Below are positions 18,126 through 27,529 of a stretch of 39,097 bases of DNA, one piece after another (position 1 is the stretch's first letter; each line of letters opens with the position of its first letter). The DNA comes from a virus (lineage: Duplodnaviria > Caudoviricetes). The notes under the pieces were generated by a model. That model was given only the letters and a program-made list of their open reading frames with translations, had not been told where the DNA came from and did not search any database. The position numbers were made by a program, and so were the translations under genes. The DNA lies in the IMG/VR virus record IMGVR_UViG_3300017772_000040, positions 1-39,097 of that record; one strand, given 5' to 3'.

Positions 18126-18701
18126 ATGATAGCAGTATTTGATAACTTCATCCAAGACAAATCCTTATTAGAAGAAATTGATGAAAACTTCGACACAATT
18201 TTTAAGGATAGGGGCGTATATAAATGGTATGATGGTTGGTGGAATTCACCATCAAATAACACTTCTAAAAAAATAATTGAATATGTATGGGGTCATGCAT
18301 GTCCTCTTAGTGAAAGCTTTTCTATCGAAGGATTTGAATATTGGACAGGTATACAGAGCCCTTCTGCATTAGAAGATGGTGTAAAAGATAATTTACCTAC
18401 ACACTTTGACAAAGATGAGGCTTTGCACAAAAAGACCGGCGAAATAGTTACTCCAATAATGGGAAGTGTATACTACCCACCTGGCCAAAGCTTTAGGGGA
18501 GGAGACTTGGCAATTTACACTGAAGAAGGTGAAAACCCAGAGCTAATAAAGGCAAAACCAAATAGGTTCATAATTTTTAATGCAGGTGAATACCTACACG
18601 AAGTAACTCCAGTTATTGAAGGAGTTAGGCATGCAATAGCTATCAACTTGTGGGAAAAAGAACCGTACTCTAAACAAGTAGGTGACCTAGTTGTTGAATA
18701 A
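18126..18701 (+). CDS. 2-oxoglutarate/Fe(II)-dependent oxygenase
   Basis: HFD iron motif, GGDL, PNRFIIF, HEVTPV..GVR. Confidence 0.85.
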   Translation: MIAVFDNFIQDKSLLEEIDENFDTIFKDRGVYKWYDGWWNSPSNNTSKKIIEYVWGHACPLSESFSIEGFEYWTGIQSPSALEDGVKDNLPTHFDKDEALHKKTGEIVTPIMGSVYYPPGQSFRGGDLAIYTEEGENPELIKAKPNRFIIFNAGEYLHEVTPVIEGVRHAIAINLWEKEPYSKQVGDLVVE

Positions 18702-18716
18702 AAAATAATAAAACGA

Positions 18717-19091
18717 GTGGCTAAAAGAAAAAAGAATTACCTAAATAACAGAGATTTATACGATCAGCTAGTTATATCTAAAGACCAAGACGCTTTAACA
18801 AAAGAAGCAGAAAAGATGTTAATCTTATTGGCAGAAAGAACTATTAATAAAATGAGATATGTAAATGAAGATGACAGAATGGATTGTCTTCAGTTTGCCG
18901 TTTTAGATTTATTAAAGTATTGGAGGAACTTTAATCCGAAATACACAAACGCGTTTGCATACTTTACGGAGATAGCAAAGAGAGGATACGCTAAAGGGTG
19001 GAATAAAATACATCCTCAAAAATATAAAGGAACCTTATCCATTGATAAATCTGGAAATCAAGATAGTCAAACGGGTATTTATAGTATTTAA
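18717..19091 (+). CDS. 55: late sigma factor (gp55-like), GTG start
   Basis: NYLNNRDL and NFNPKYTNAFAYFT match gp55 NYVNNKEL and NF....NP.AY.T. Confidence 0.85.
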   Translation: MAKRKKNYLNNRDLYDQLVISKDQDALTKEAEKMLILLAERTINKMRYVNEDDRMDCLQFAVLDLLKYWRNFNPKYTNAFAYFTEIAKRGYAKGWNKIHPQKYKGTLSIDKSGNQDSQTGIYSI

Positions 19092-19585
19092 TGTCTATTA
19101 AAAACGTCAAACCTACTAAAAACTCTGGATTTAATCAGGGTTATTTTAAACCAAATAATTCTGACAAATATATTGGTCCTATCCCTATAATCTATAGAAG
19201 CTCATGGGAAAGAAAGTTTATGATATGGTGTGATGGACATGAAGGCATTACAAAATGGTCTAGTGAACCAGTTGAAATTAAATATTGGTCTAGACAGGAT
19301 AATAAAGCACATAAGTATTATCCTGATTTTTGGTTTAGGGCTAAGCAGAAAGATGGAAGCGATTTACAATACATTGCTGAAATAAAACCTAAGGCACAGA
19401 TAACAAAACCAAGCCCACCCACTAAAAATTCAAGAAAAGCATTAGAATCCTATAAGTTTTTAGCAGAGCAGTATGTTAGAAATATGGATAAATATAATGC
19501 AGCTAAAGAGTACTGTGAAAATTTAGGCTATAAATTCATAGTATTAACAGAAGACACTATATTAAATGGGTTACATAAAAAATAG
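19091..19585 (+). CDS. 4: head completion nuclease (gp4, TnsA-like)
   Basis: KY.G, IIYRSSWE, WSSE, YYPDF, EIKP, F.VLTE. Confidence 0.9.
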   Translation: MSIKNVKPTKNSGFNQGYFKPNNSDKYIGPIPIIYRSSWERKFMIWCDGHEGITKWSSEPVEIKYWSRQDNKAHKYYPDFWFRAKQKDGSDLQYIAEIKPKAQITKPSPPTKNSRKALESYKFLAEQYVRNMDKYNAAKEYCENLGYKFIVLTEDTILNGLHKK

Positions 19586-20174
19586 AATAAAGGAGCTTAG
19601 TAGAGATGCTAAAGGAAAGAGTAGAGCCAGGAAACAGGCTGAAGCTTGGTTTTCCGATTCTTTACGATCTAGAAAAGATGACACAGCGTCATACACTAGA
19701 AATCCATTTGAACCAGGAAAAATATATGTGTTTGAATATAAGCCGGTAACAGAACACCTACAATGGTATGACAGGAACCCAGTTGTTTTAGCAATGGACC
19801 CTACGCCAACAGGAGATGATATAGGAATTAACTTAAATCTATTACCAGTAAAAATAAAAGAAAAAATGCTAGACGATTTATATAATACCCTAGAAGGTCG
19901 TATAAAATCAGCTAGCACCGGGAGTAAAGAATATAATGCTAGTAGACAAAAGTCTCTTAGAATAACTTATGATGAAGTGAAGAGATATTTAGACCAATAC
20001 GGCTTTGGCTTTGCAATAAGAAGATATAAAACAAACAGAAAAGCAAAACAGGCAGTTGTATCATATTCAAAATGGCCTGAAATTGCACTCTGTGACTTTA
20101 TAGAGCTTGAAGGAGCTAATAAGATGATGTTGAGAGTTTTATTCGAAGAATACAATCGAAAACGAAATATATAA
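19566..20174 (+). CDS. 2: DNA end protector (gp2-like)
   Basis: PGKIYVFEY, L.WYDRNP.V, GINL..LP, IRRY; adjacent to gp4. Confidence 0.8.
   Translation: MGYIKNRIKELSRDAKGKSRARKQAEAWFSDSLRSRKDDTASYTRNPFEPGKIYVFEYKPVTEHLQWYDRNPVVLAMDPTPTGDDIGINLNLLPVKIKEKMLDDLYNTLEGRIKSASTGSKEYNASRQKSLRITYDEVKRYLDQYGFGFAIRRYKTNRKAKQAVVSYSKWPEIALCDFIELEGANKMMLRVLFEEYNRKRNI
20166..20173 (+). promoter_or_regulatory. late-promoter-like octamer
   Basis: AATATATA overlapping the gp2 stop, upstream of the portal gene. Confidence 0.55.
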
Positions 20175-20205
20175 AAGAAGAAGAAAATAATTTAATTAAA
20201 CAACA

Positions 20206-21804
20206 ATGGCAGGATTCGTAGATAGAAATGGCCCACTTAGTTACAAAAAGAGACCATTTACAGTAGGTGATAGTTTAAAGAGACTATCTTCGTTTGGTAT
20301 GTACTATGACGATTTAGTTTTAAAACAATCACAGGCGATAGGTCCAGTAGAAGATGAATTTGGTTACGGCCAAATGAACATGTTTGGCGTTGATAGTGAC
20401 GACATGTATGGTGCTTTTGCAGCATTATCAATGGCAGACGTCAACATGAGAAAGAACATTCCGTTCTTTGACCAAAATTATGTAAATAAGAGAGAAGAAC
20501 TTAGAAAGTTCTCAACCTATGACGAAATAGAAGATATACTAGATATTCTTTGTGATGAATCAATAGTATATGACAACAAAAACTTTATTGGAAATCCAGA
20601 AATTATTGGAATGGAAGTTTCTGATGAAGTTCAAAAGTATTTAAATAAATCTTATAGAGACTTATATCAATATTTTGGATTTAACACAGACCAATCGGCC
20701 TGGTATTTCTACAGAAAATTTTTAGTTGATGGTTACTTATCTTTTGAGATTATTTACAATCCTGAACAAACTGAAATTATAGGTTTTAAAGAAATAGACC
20801 CGGTAACTTTAATGCCAGGTTACAATAAAGATGATGGTAAAAAAGTTTGGATTCAATTTAAAGACGATCCTTTAAAAGAAAGAGTTTTATATGATGCTCA
20901 AATTATTTACCTTTCCTATTCTTCAGTAACTACCGCTTCTAGAGTTTCTTATCTTGAAAGATTAATTAGAGCGTTTAACCTGATGAGAATAATGGAACAC
21001 ACTAGAGTTATCTGGGCCGTTACAAACTCATCATATAGAATGAAATTTATTATTCCAGTTGGTGGTAAATCTAAAACAAGAGCAAAACAATCTCTTGCAC
21101 AGCTGATGAATAACTATAAAGAAGTTGTTGACTTTGATTGGGAATCCGCAAATCTTACTACAAACGGTAAACCAATGTTACAGTTTAACAAAGAGTACTG
21201 GTTGCCTTCTAAGGATGGTGAACAACCTGAGATTGAAACTCTCGGTGGAGATGGACCAGAATTAAGTGACACAGAGGCACTTAAATACTTCTCAGATAAG
21301 TTAAAGATGGTTTCTAAAATTCCTTTCAACAGGTTCATGTATGAAGACGGTGGAGGTGACTATAACCTTGCAGCGGATGGTATGATTAGAGATGAAATTA
21401 AGTTCTCTAAATTCATAAAGAGATTACGTTCTACATGGCAAGAAATTTTAGTAAAACCACTATGGTTACAAATGTGTTTAAAATTTCCTGAATTTAAGGA
21501 AGATGCTAACTTTAGAACACAAATAGCTATTCAGTTTAATGAAGAAAATATGTTTGCTGAGTTAAAGCAAATGGAAATCATGGAAAAGAGACTAGACTTC
21601 ATTACAACAATGCAAGACTCTCTGGTTAAAACAGACCCAGTAACAATGGAAGAAGAGAATTACTTCGATATGGACTTCCTTGTAGACAGATACTTAAAAT
21701 TAAGTCCGGATGATAAAGCGGCTAATACGGCATACAAGCAAAGACAAGCTGCTAAAGATGCTGAAGAGCCAGAAGTAGACCCAATGGATATGGGCGGCAT
21801 TTAA
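20206..21804 (+). CDS. 20: portal protein
   Basis: R.FLVDG, SYLE, EYWLP..DG...EIETL.G, YF..KL...SKIP..R, IRDEIKFSKFI.RLR. Confidence 0.93.
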   Translation: MAGFVDRNGPLSYKKRPFTVGDSLKRLSSFGMYYDDLVLKQSQAIGPVEDEFGYGQMNMFGVDSDDMYGAFAALSMADVNMRKNIPFFDQNYVNKREELRKFSTYDEIEDILDILCDESIVYDNKNFIGNPEIIGMEVSDEVQKYLNKSYRDLYQYFGFNTDQSAWYFYRKFLVDGYLSFEIIYNPEQTEIIGFKEIDPVTLMPGYNKDDGKKVWIQFKDDPLKERVLYDAQIIYLSYSSVTTASRVSYLERLIRAFNLMRIMEHTRVIWAVTNSSYRMKFIIPVGGKSKTRAKQSLAQLMNNYKEVVDFDWESANLTTNGKPMLQFNKEYWLPSKDGEQPEIETLGGDGPELSDTEALKYFSDKLKMVSKIPFNRFMYEDGGGDYNLAADGMIRDEIKFSKFIKRLRSTWQEILVKPLWLQMCLKFPEFKEDANFRTQIAIQFNEENMFAELKQMEIMEKRLDFITTMQDSLVKTDPVTMEEENYFDMDFLVDRYLKLSPDDKAANTAYKQRQAAKDAEEPEVDPMDMGGI

Positions 21805-21808
21805 ACAG

Positions 21809-21816
21809 AATATATA
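21809..21816 (+). promoter_or_regulatory. late-promoter-like octamer
   Basis: AATATATA, 8 nt before ATG 21825. Confidence 0.55.
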
Positions 21817-21824
21817 AAGTAATT

Positions 21825-22295
21825 ATGAAAAACTTAAAACAATTTTCAAACTATATTAACGAATCAGAAGATTCTGAGTATGCACCTATAACAATTAAGA
21901 AATTTAATGAATTTGTTAATGGTGTTGAAGAAGATGCTGTTAAAGCAGGTGAAGACTCTGATGTCGTAATTGACGACGTTACATTAGACTCCGGTGAAAA
22001 GATTAAAGGAGCCGAGATACTAGGTGTAATAATTGACGCATCGTCAGAAAAAGAATTCAAAGATTACTTCTACAAAGAATACGGAAACGGCTCATTTACT
22101 GAAGCTGATATAATGACTCTTATTAAATTCTATAATGAATATCAAGAAGAGGAAAATGCTGAAAAAGCTGAAAAAGAAAAAGAAGAGGAAGATGCAGCGG
22201 CAGCTGGCGGAGAAGCAGGAGAAGTTCCAGCTGAAGTTCCAGCTGAAGAGCCTGAAGATGATATAGAATCTGAGCTTGCCGATTTAGAGTCATAA
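21825..22295 (+). CDS. acidic putative prohead core/internal protein
   Basis: Lies between portal and protease like T4 genes 67/68; N-terminus MKNLKQFSNYINE resembles capsid-targeting sequences. Confidence 0.6.
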   Translation: MKNLKQFSNYINESEDSEYAPITIKKFNEFVNGVEEDAVKAGEDSDVVIDDVTLDSGEKIKGAEILGVIIDASSEKEFKDYFYKEYGNGSFTEADIMTLIKFYNEYQEEENAEKAEKEKEEEDAAAAGGEAGEVPAEVPAEEPEDDIESELADLES

Positions 22296-22329
22296 AACCG
22301 TAAAAATGAAAAAATCATTTTTCTATAAA

Positions 22330-22337
22330 GATATATA
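22330..22337 (+). promoter_or_regulatory. late-promoter-like octamer
   Basis: GATATATA. Confidence 0.55.
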
Positions 22338-22361
22338 CAACAAACATATTCTAGAATAATT

Positions 22362-24275
22362 ATGAGTACATTAAAAAACCTTCTAATCCTGGAAAGGTCT
22401 TCAGGTGAATTGAAGTTTGAAAAAAGCGACGGAGCTTATGTACTTGAGGGCACTTTTGGCGAAATAGACAAAAAGAACAGAAACAATAGAATCTACACGG
22501 AAGACGAATATCTTCCCCAGATTGAAGCTCTTCAAGACAAAATTAAGTCGTCTAAACTTCTTGGAGAACTAGACCACCCACAAACTTTTGACGTTTCATT
22601 AAAGAACGTTTCTCACATTATAGAGGAATTAAACTATGATTCTGAAACTAAACAAGTAAAAGGAAAAATCAGACTACTTGATACTGAAGCTGGGAGACAA
22701 GCTAAAGCATTAGTAGACGCTGGTGTTCCATTACAAATTTCATCAAGAGCAGCAGGTACTGTTGAATCTAATGGAACTGTTAAGATTAAGCAATTATTTA
22801 CATACGACTTAGTAGCAGACCCTGGATTTGAAAATGCTGAATTGAAAAGAGTAAATGAATCATTTGGTTTTAACAATGACGATAATTTGTTCATTTACGA
22901 TATTGAACCTAGAAAAGAACTTTTAACTACCGAAAATAAAACTAAAACAAAAATGGCTGAATCAAAATTCGTAAGTGTTGAAGATTTCAATAAATACTCA
23001 GCTTACCTATCTGAAGAAATCAAAGGTCTTAAAGAATCTTTTAATGCTTTTGAAAGTTCTGAAGGTGTACAAGGTGAGATGGAGAATTTAAAGGAATACA
23101 GCACATACCTTGCTAAAAAACTTGATGAATCAATCGAGTATGCTAATTACCTAGCGGAAAATGTAGATAAAAACATTACTGCTAATACAGAATTAAACGA
23201 AAAAGTAGAGCGCTCTATTGAATATACTGAGCATGTTGCAGAAGCTACACAAGCGGTGAAAGACTATACTAATTATTTAGCAGAGTCTTACAACGAAGGT
23301 GCTTTAAAAGCTGACGCAGTTGTAAAGTATACAGAGTACTTGAAAGAAAACTTAGAAAAAGTAACAGAATATGCAGAGTACGTTGCTGAAACTGTTAACA
23401 ATAACCTAATCTTAGAAGACGGCGAAGAAGCTGGTTTAGAACCAGAAGAAAAGCCAGTTGATAAAACTGAAAAAGAAGAATTCGACGGAGAAGAAATGGA
23501 AGACGCTAAAGACAGAGCAGAGGATAAAGCTGCTGAAGTTGAAGCTGAAATCGTTGACGGAGAAGAAGGAGCTAAAGAAGTTGTTGAATCTGAAGAATCT
23601 GAAGAAGAAGTTGCTGAAGAGGAAGAAGCTGCTGAAGAAGTAGAAGAATCTGAAGAAACTGAAGAAGTTGCTGAAGAGGAAGCTGAAGAAGAAGTTGAAG
23701 AAATGCACGATGAAGAAAAAGAAGAAGTTGAAGAAGAAAAAGAAGAAGACCATGTTGAAGAGTATAAAAACTCAATCACTGAAAAGCTTCAAGCTCTTAT
23801 TGAAAAAGCAGAAATTAAAACTGCTAAAGACCCACACTTCTTTAGATTTATCAACGAGGCAAAGAAAGAAGAATTTAACTCACTTTCAAAAGAAGACCAG
23901 TCTAAAGTTACTAAAGCCGTAGAAGGTAAAGGTTTCTTAACTGAATCTCAAATTGCAACATTATGGAACTCTTCATTAGTAACTGATGAAGCTACTAGCG
24001 AACCTAATGTTATTACAATGATGCCAAAAGAATACAAAGACAAATGGGCAACTCTTTCTGAAAATAAACAGAAAGAATTAATTGCACAGTCTAAGTATCA
24101 CAGACTTGAAACACATTATCAAGTTAGAAACTTCTGGCAAACAAGAGACCTTAGAGATAACAAAGTTGTTATGGAAAAAGTAGAATTAGTGAAAGAATCT
24201 AAGGAAGCTACTAAAGAATTACCATATAACTTAGAAGGAATTCAAGAAAGTATTGCGAAAAAATTTAAAAAATAA
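22362..24275 (+). CDS. 21: prohead protease fused to scaffold (gp21 plus gp22-like)
   Basis: NRNNRIY, LGELDHP, ISSRAAG, YDLVADPG in the first ~170 aa, followed by a helical/acidic scaffold-like region. Confidence 0.88.
   Translation: MSTLKNLLILERSSGELKFEKSDGAYVLEGTFGEIDKKNRNNRIYTEDEYLPQIEALQDKIKSSKLLGELDHPQTFDVSLKNVSHIIEELNYDSETKQVKGKIRLLDTEAGRQAKALVDAGVPLQISSRAAGTVESNGTVKIKQLFTYDLVADPGFENAELKRVNESFGFNNDDNLFIYDIEPRKELLTTENKTKTKMAESKFVSVEDFNKYSAYLSEEIKGLKESFNAFESSEGVQGEMENLKEYSTYLAKKLDESIEYANYLAENVDKNITANTELNEKVERSIEYTEHVAEATQAVKDYTNYLAESYNEGALKADAVVKYTEYLKENLEKVTEYAEYVAETVNNNLILEDGEEAGLEPEEKPVDKTEKEEFDGEEMEDAKDRAEDKAAEVEAEIVDGEEGAKEVVESEESEEEVAEEEEAAEEVEESEETEEVAEEEAEEEVEEMHDEEKEEVEEEKEEDHVEEYKNSITEKLQALIEKAEIKTAKDPHFFRFINEAKKEEFNSLSKEDQSKVTKAVEGKGFLTESQIATLWNSSLVTDEATSEPNVITMMPKEYKDKWATLSENKQKELIAQSKYHRLETHYQVRNFWQTRDLRDNKVVMEKVELVKESKEATKELPYNLEGIQESIAKKFKK
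23560..23762 (+). repeat. GAA-rich low-complexity repeat encoding a Glu-rich linker
   Basis: GAAGAAGTTGCTGAAGAGGAAG repeated at ~23604 and ~23661 within (GAA)n-rich DNA. Confidence 0.7.
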
Positions 24276-24295
24276 GAAATTTTAAAAAACGCAAA

Positions 24296-24303
24296 AATAT
24301 ATA
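24296..24303 (+). promoter_or_regulatory. late-promoter-like octamer
   Basis: AATATATA upstream of the major capsid gene. Confidence 0.6.
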
Positions 24304-24386
24304 GAAAAGAATCGATTATCAGATAAGAAGCAAAAATCTGAAAATGTAAATCGAAATTAAAACCATAAAAAAAATATAAAATCAAA

Positions 24387-25838
24387 ATGGCAAATTTAAT
24401 TAATGAAGCTGAGATTAGAAGTACTTGGTCGCCGATCATCGAATCTGCAACAGGTATAACTGAATCTGGCAAATTAGCGTGGATGTCACAATACTGTCAC
24501 AACCACAAACTTTACGAAGATGCTAACATCATGTCCTTAGGAGATGCTGGTAACATCTTTGGTATGGGAGGAGCAAAACTACCATCCGGAATGGGTGTTG
24601 GAGGTTCTTCAGTATCAACTGCTGATGGTTCTGGTGACAAGTCACCTTCTTTATTACCATTAGCTATGCAGGTTGCTGGTCAAACTATCGGTTTAGACTT
24701 AGTTCCTGTTGTACCAATGGCTGGACCAATGGGTCTTTTATCTTACTTAGACTTCGTATATGAAGGTGGTAAGATTGGAGGTTCTGAAGCTCCTACTTAT
24801 GTAAAAGCTTCTGGTGCAGGTTCTGCAAATATAGCTGCTGCAGGTGGTACAAATGGAGACTACACTTACATTGGTTCTTCAAGAATTGATGGAAAATCAA
24901 TCTTCAAAGTTGGAACATTAGACGGTGGTAGTGCTACTGTTGCTGCTGACTTAGAAGCTTATGGTGCAGATGCTGGTTCTGTTGAATTAGTAAAAGCTCT
25001 AGAAGACCACATTCCTGGAATGTCTGGAAACGACAATGGAAGTGCTTTCGAAAGAGGGATTGGTGAGCAAACTCCTGATAAATTAATGGGACTTTCTTTA
25101 TTTAGCAAGTCAGTAGCTGCTGAAACTTTTCAGATCGCTGCTGCTGTTACAAGAGAGCAAGTTCAAGATTTAAAACAATTCGGTGTTGATGCTGTTGCTC
25201 AAGTTGAGTCAGTATTAGTTAACGAATTGACTCAGTCTATCAACAAATTAATCCTTAGCAAAATTAGCGCATTAGGTACTACTAACGTAACTAACGCTTT
25301 AAGTGCTGGTGGATTAGATGTTACACTACAAGCTGCTTCGGCATTAAGCGGTGGTGAAACTGTTGCTTCTGAGCAAAGAAAAATCTTAACTAACATCTTA
25401 GCTGGTGCGAACTTAATCGCTAACAGAGGTAGAAGAGGTGCTGGTAACTTTGCGGTTGTAGGACCACAAATTGCTACTGTTCTTCAATCGATCGCTGGTT
25501 TCGTTGCTAACCCAATGGCTAATACATTTGCACAATCTGCAGGTGCTATTTACCCAATCGGTGCTGTTGCTGGTGTCAATGTTTACACTGACCCTAACAG
25601 AGCATGGAACGATTACTTCGTTTCAGTTGGTAGAAAAGGTGACGGTAACTCAGCTGGTATTGTATTTATGCCTTACTTAATGGCTGAATCAGTTCAGGCA
25701 ATTGCTGAAGGAACTATGGCTCCTAAAGTAGCTGTTAAATCTAGATTCGCTTTAGTTGAAGCTGGATTCCACCCTGAAACTCAATACGCAAAGTTTGAAG
25801 TTAAAGGAACTTGGACTAACATTATTGACTTATCATAA
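24387..25838 (+). CDS. 23: major capsid protein
   Basis: W.PII, VPVVPMAGPMG, T.EQ.QDLK, RGRRGAGNF, GIVFMPY, KSRFAL. Confidence 0.92.
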   Translation: MANLINEAEIRSTWSPIIESATGITESGKLAWMSQYCHNHKLYEDANIMSLGDAGNIFGMGGAKLPSGMGVGGSSVSTADGSGDKSPSLLPLAMQVAGQTIGLDLVPVVPMAGPMGLLSYLDFVYEGGKIGGSEAPTYVKASGAGSANIAAAGGTNGDYTYIGSSRIDGKSIFKVGTLDGGSATVAADLEAYGADAGSVELVKALEDHIPGMSGNDNGSAFERGIGEQTPDKLMGLSLFSKSVAAETFQIAAAVTREQVQDLKQFGVDAVAQVESVLVNELTQSINKLILSKISALGTTNVTNALSAGGLDVTLQAASALSGGETVASEQRKILTNILAGANLIANRGRRGAGNFAVVGPQIATVLQSIAGFVANPMANTFAQSAGAIYPIGAVAGVNVYTDPNRAWNDYFVSVGRKGDGNSAGIVFMPYLMAESVQAIAEGTMAPKVAVKSRFALVEAGFHPETQYAKFEVKGTWTNIIDLS

Positions 25839-25861
25839 TAACGTTACATACCATAACTTTT

Positions 25862-25895
25862 GAAAAGGGAGCAATTTGCTCCCTTTTCTTTTTTT
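25862..25895 (+). terminator. intrinsic terminator
   Basis: GAAAAGGGAGCA-ATT-TGCTCCCTTTTC followed by T7. Confidence 0.88.
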
Positions 25896-25900
25896 ACAGG

Positions 25901-25908
25901 AATATATA
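25901..25908 (+). promoter_or_regulatory. late-promoter-like octamer
   Basis: AATATATA directly after the capsid terminator. Confidence 0.6.
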
Positions 25909-25933
25909 GACTATAATTAAATTTTAAAACTAC

Positions 25934-27529
25934 ATGAAGACATTTGGAAAATGGTTCAATTCAGTCAACGAGTCTCTTGCAGAACAGAGTGAAGCAACCA
26001 AAGAAGAAGTAATCAAAGAAGTTGATGCTATCCTTGCATCTTTAGAAGAACTTTCTACACAATTAAAAGAAGAGCATGACCTTGTAGACCCGACTCTCAA
26101 CGAGAACATGGTAACAGAAACTGCAGACCAGATTAAACAGGTTCTAGATGCTGACCCTCTTTTAGCACTTTTAAAGGTTGGTGTTTTAACAACAGTTGCA
26201 ACTGTAGGTGGAGCAGCATATACTATCAAGACAGCTAAAAAGCATAAGAAAATCAGAAAGAGTATGGAAGCTGATTACGCCAAGCTCAAGCAATATAAAA
26301 TGGAATTGGCTAAAAGTGAGGTTACAAAAGCTCAACTTGAACTAAAGAGACAAGAACTTAATGAAGCCACTGGAGCAAAGGCAAAGGCTAATAAGTCTTT
26401 TGCTGACGGTGCCTTAAAAGGATTTGAAAAATCTAAAGAAAAGATTAAAGCTCAAATAGACGGATTAAGAAAAAAGAAATCAGAAGCTCCAGCTGAAGTT
26501 AAACCAAAAATGCAGGCGCAAATTGACAAGCTTACCGCATCACTAGACAAGGTTAAAGCTAATATAGCTAAATTAAAGGAAGCTCCGACCCCTAAAGATG
26601 ATACATCTAAAGTTAACCCTCCTAAAGATGATACATCTACAACTACCCCTTCTAAAGATGATAAATCTACTAAAGAACCAGTTGATAAAACAGGTAAAGA
26701 GGATAAAGACAAAGACAAGAGCAAGGATATTAAAAAGAAGCTAGATAATCAGATTGAGGATATGAAAGTTAGACTAGAACAACTTCAAGGTCCTGTGAAA
26801 GAATTTGAAGATTCTCTAGCGCAAAAATATAGTGAAGATAAATTGTCAACTACAATGGGTGGACAAGGAGGAAAGTCAAAAGAACTTAAAGCTCACTTAA
26901 TCGATGACATTACTGTTTCAGTTGCCGAATATAAGTTAAAAGCCCTTGGTTCAGACATGGAAGATAATGTTAAGAAAGAAACAGAAGAAAGAATCCAAGA
27001 CGCTCAACAGAGACAAAAGGAAAGACTCAATAAAATAAAAGACGAACACGAGAAAAACTTAGAAAAAGCAAAAGAAGATAATCCAGAAATAAAAGACGAA
27101 ATCACTAAAGCGGTTGAAGACGAGAAAGAAAAGAAAGATTCTGGTAAAAGTGGTTCTGAAGACGATGAAGGTCCAAAATCAGGTGGAGCACTAGATAATG
27201 ATGACGAAATAATAACTAAGTCAACATCTGATGATGAAGAGACTAAGACCGAAGAACCTAAAGAAGAACCAGTTGATAAAACAGATAATTCTAAAGAAGG
27301 TCAAACTAAAAGGATTGACGACATCATTAAAAGAGCTGAAGAATCTGGAGACAAAGAAAAAATTAAAAAAGCTAAAGCCTTAAAGGATAAAATTTTAGCA
27401 AAAGAGTCTTGGCAAATTGAAGGAACTAAACTTGGTCTAATGTTAGAAGCCGAGTTAAAGAAACTTGAAATGTCAGAACTAATTAAAGAATCATCTTCTA
27501 TAAAGGATAGATTTTCTAAATTAATCTAA
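25934..27529 (+). CDS. charged coiled-coil late protein, candidate internal head protein
   Basis: MKTFGKWFNSVNE N-terminus, one hydrophobic segment, K/E/D-rich, late motif upstream. Confidence 0.7.
   Translation: MKTFGKWFNSVNESLAEQSEATKEEVIKEVDAILASLEELSTQLKEEHDLVDPTLNENMVTETADQIKQVLDADPLLALLKVGVLTTVATVGGAAYTIKTAKKHKKIRKSMEADYAKLKQYKMELAKSEVTKAQLELKRQELNEATGAKAKANKSFADGALKGFEKSKEKIKAQIDGLRKKKSEAPAEVKPKMQAQIDKLTASLDKVKANIAKLKEAPTPKDDTSKVNPPKDDTSTTTPSKDDKSTKEPVDKTGKEDKDKDKSKDIKKKLDNQIEDMKVRLEQLQGPVKEFEDSLAQKYSEDKLSTTMGGQGGKSKELKAHLIDDITVSVAEYKLKALGSDMEDNVKKETEERIQDAQQRQKERLNKIKDEHEKNLEKAKEDNPEIKDEITKAVEDEKEKKDSGKSGSEDDEGPKSGGALDNDDEIITKSTSDDEETKTEEPKEEPVDKTDNSKEGQTKRIDDIIKRAEESGDKEKIKKAKALKDKILAKESWQIEGTKLGLMLEAELKKLEMSELIKESSSIKDRFSKLI
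26591..26670 (+). repeat. 30-nt period tandem repeat x3 (PKDDTS-like)
   Basis: CCTAAAGATGATACATCTA at 26591 and 26621; TCTAAAGATGATAAATCTA at 26651. Confidence 0.8.

Noticed and set aside
19091-19585. TnsA transposase or mobile element
   Set aside because: Fits the T4 gp4 head-completion nuclease next to gp2; no terminal repeats or other transposon genes
22222-22249. 12-nt tandem duplication GAAGTTCCAGCT
   Set aside because: Ordinary in-frame EVPA duplication in a disordered tail
23288-23922. Several overlapping Ser-, Phe-, Leu- and Lys-rich ORFs
   Set aside because: Shadow frames of the GAA-rich scaffold linker
26591-26670. CRISPR-like repeat array
   Set aside because: 30-nt period with about 11-nt variable parts, in frame within a CDS; a protein repeat
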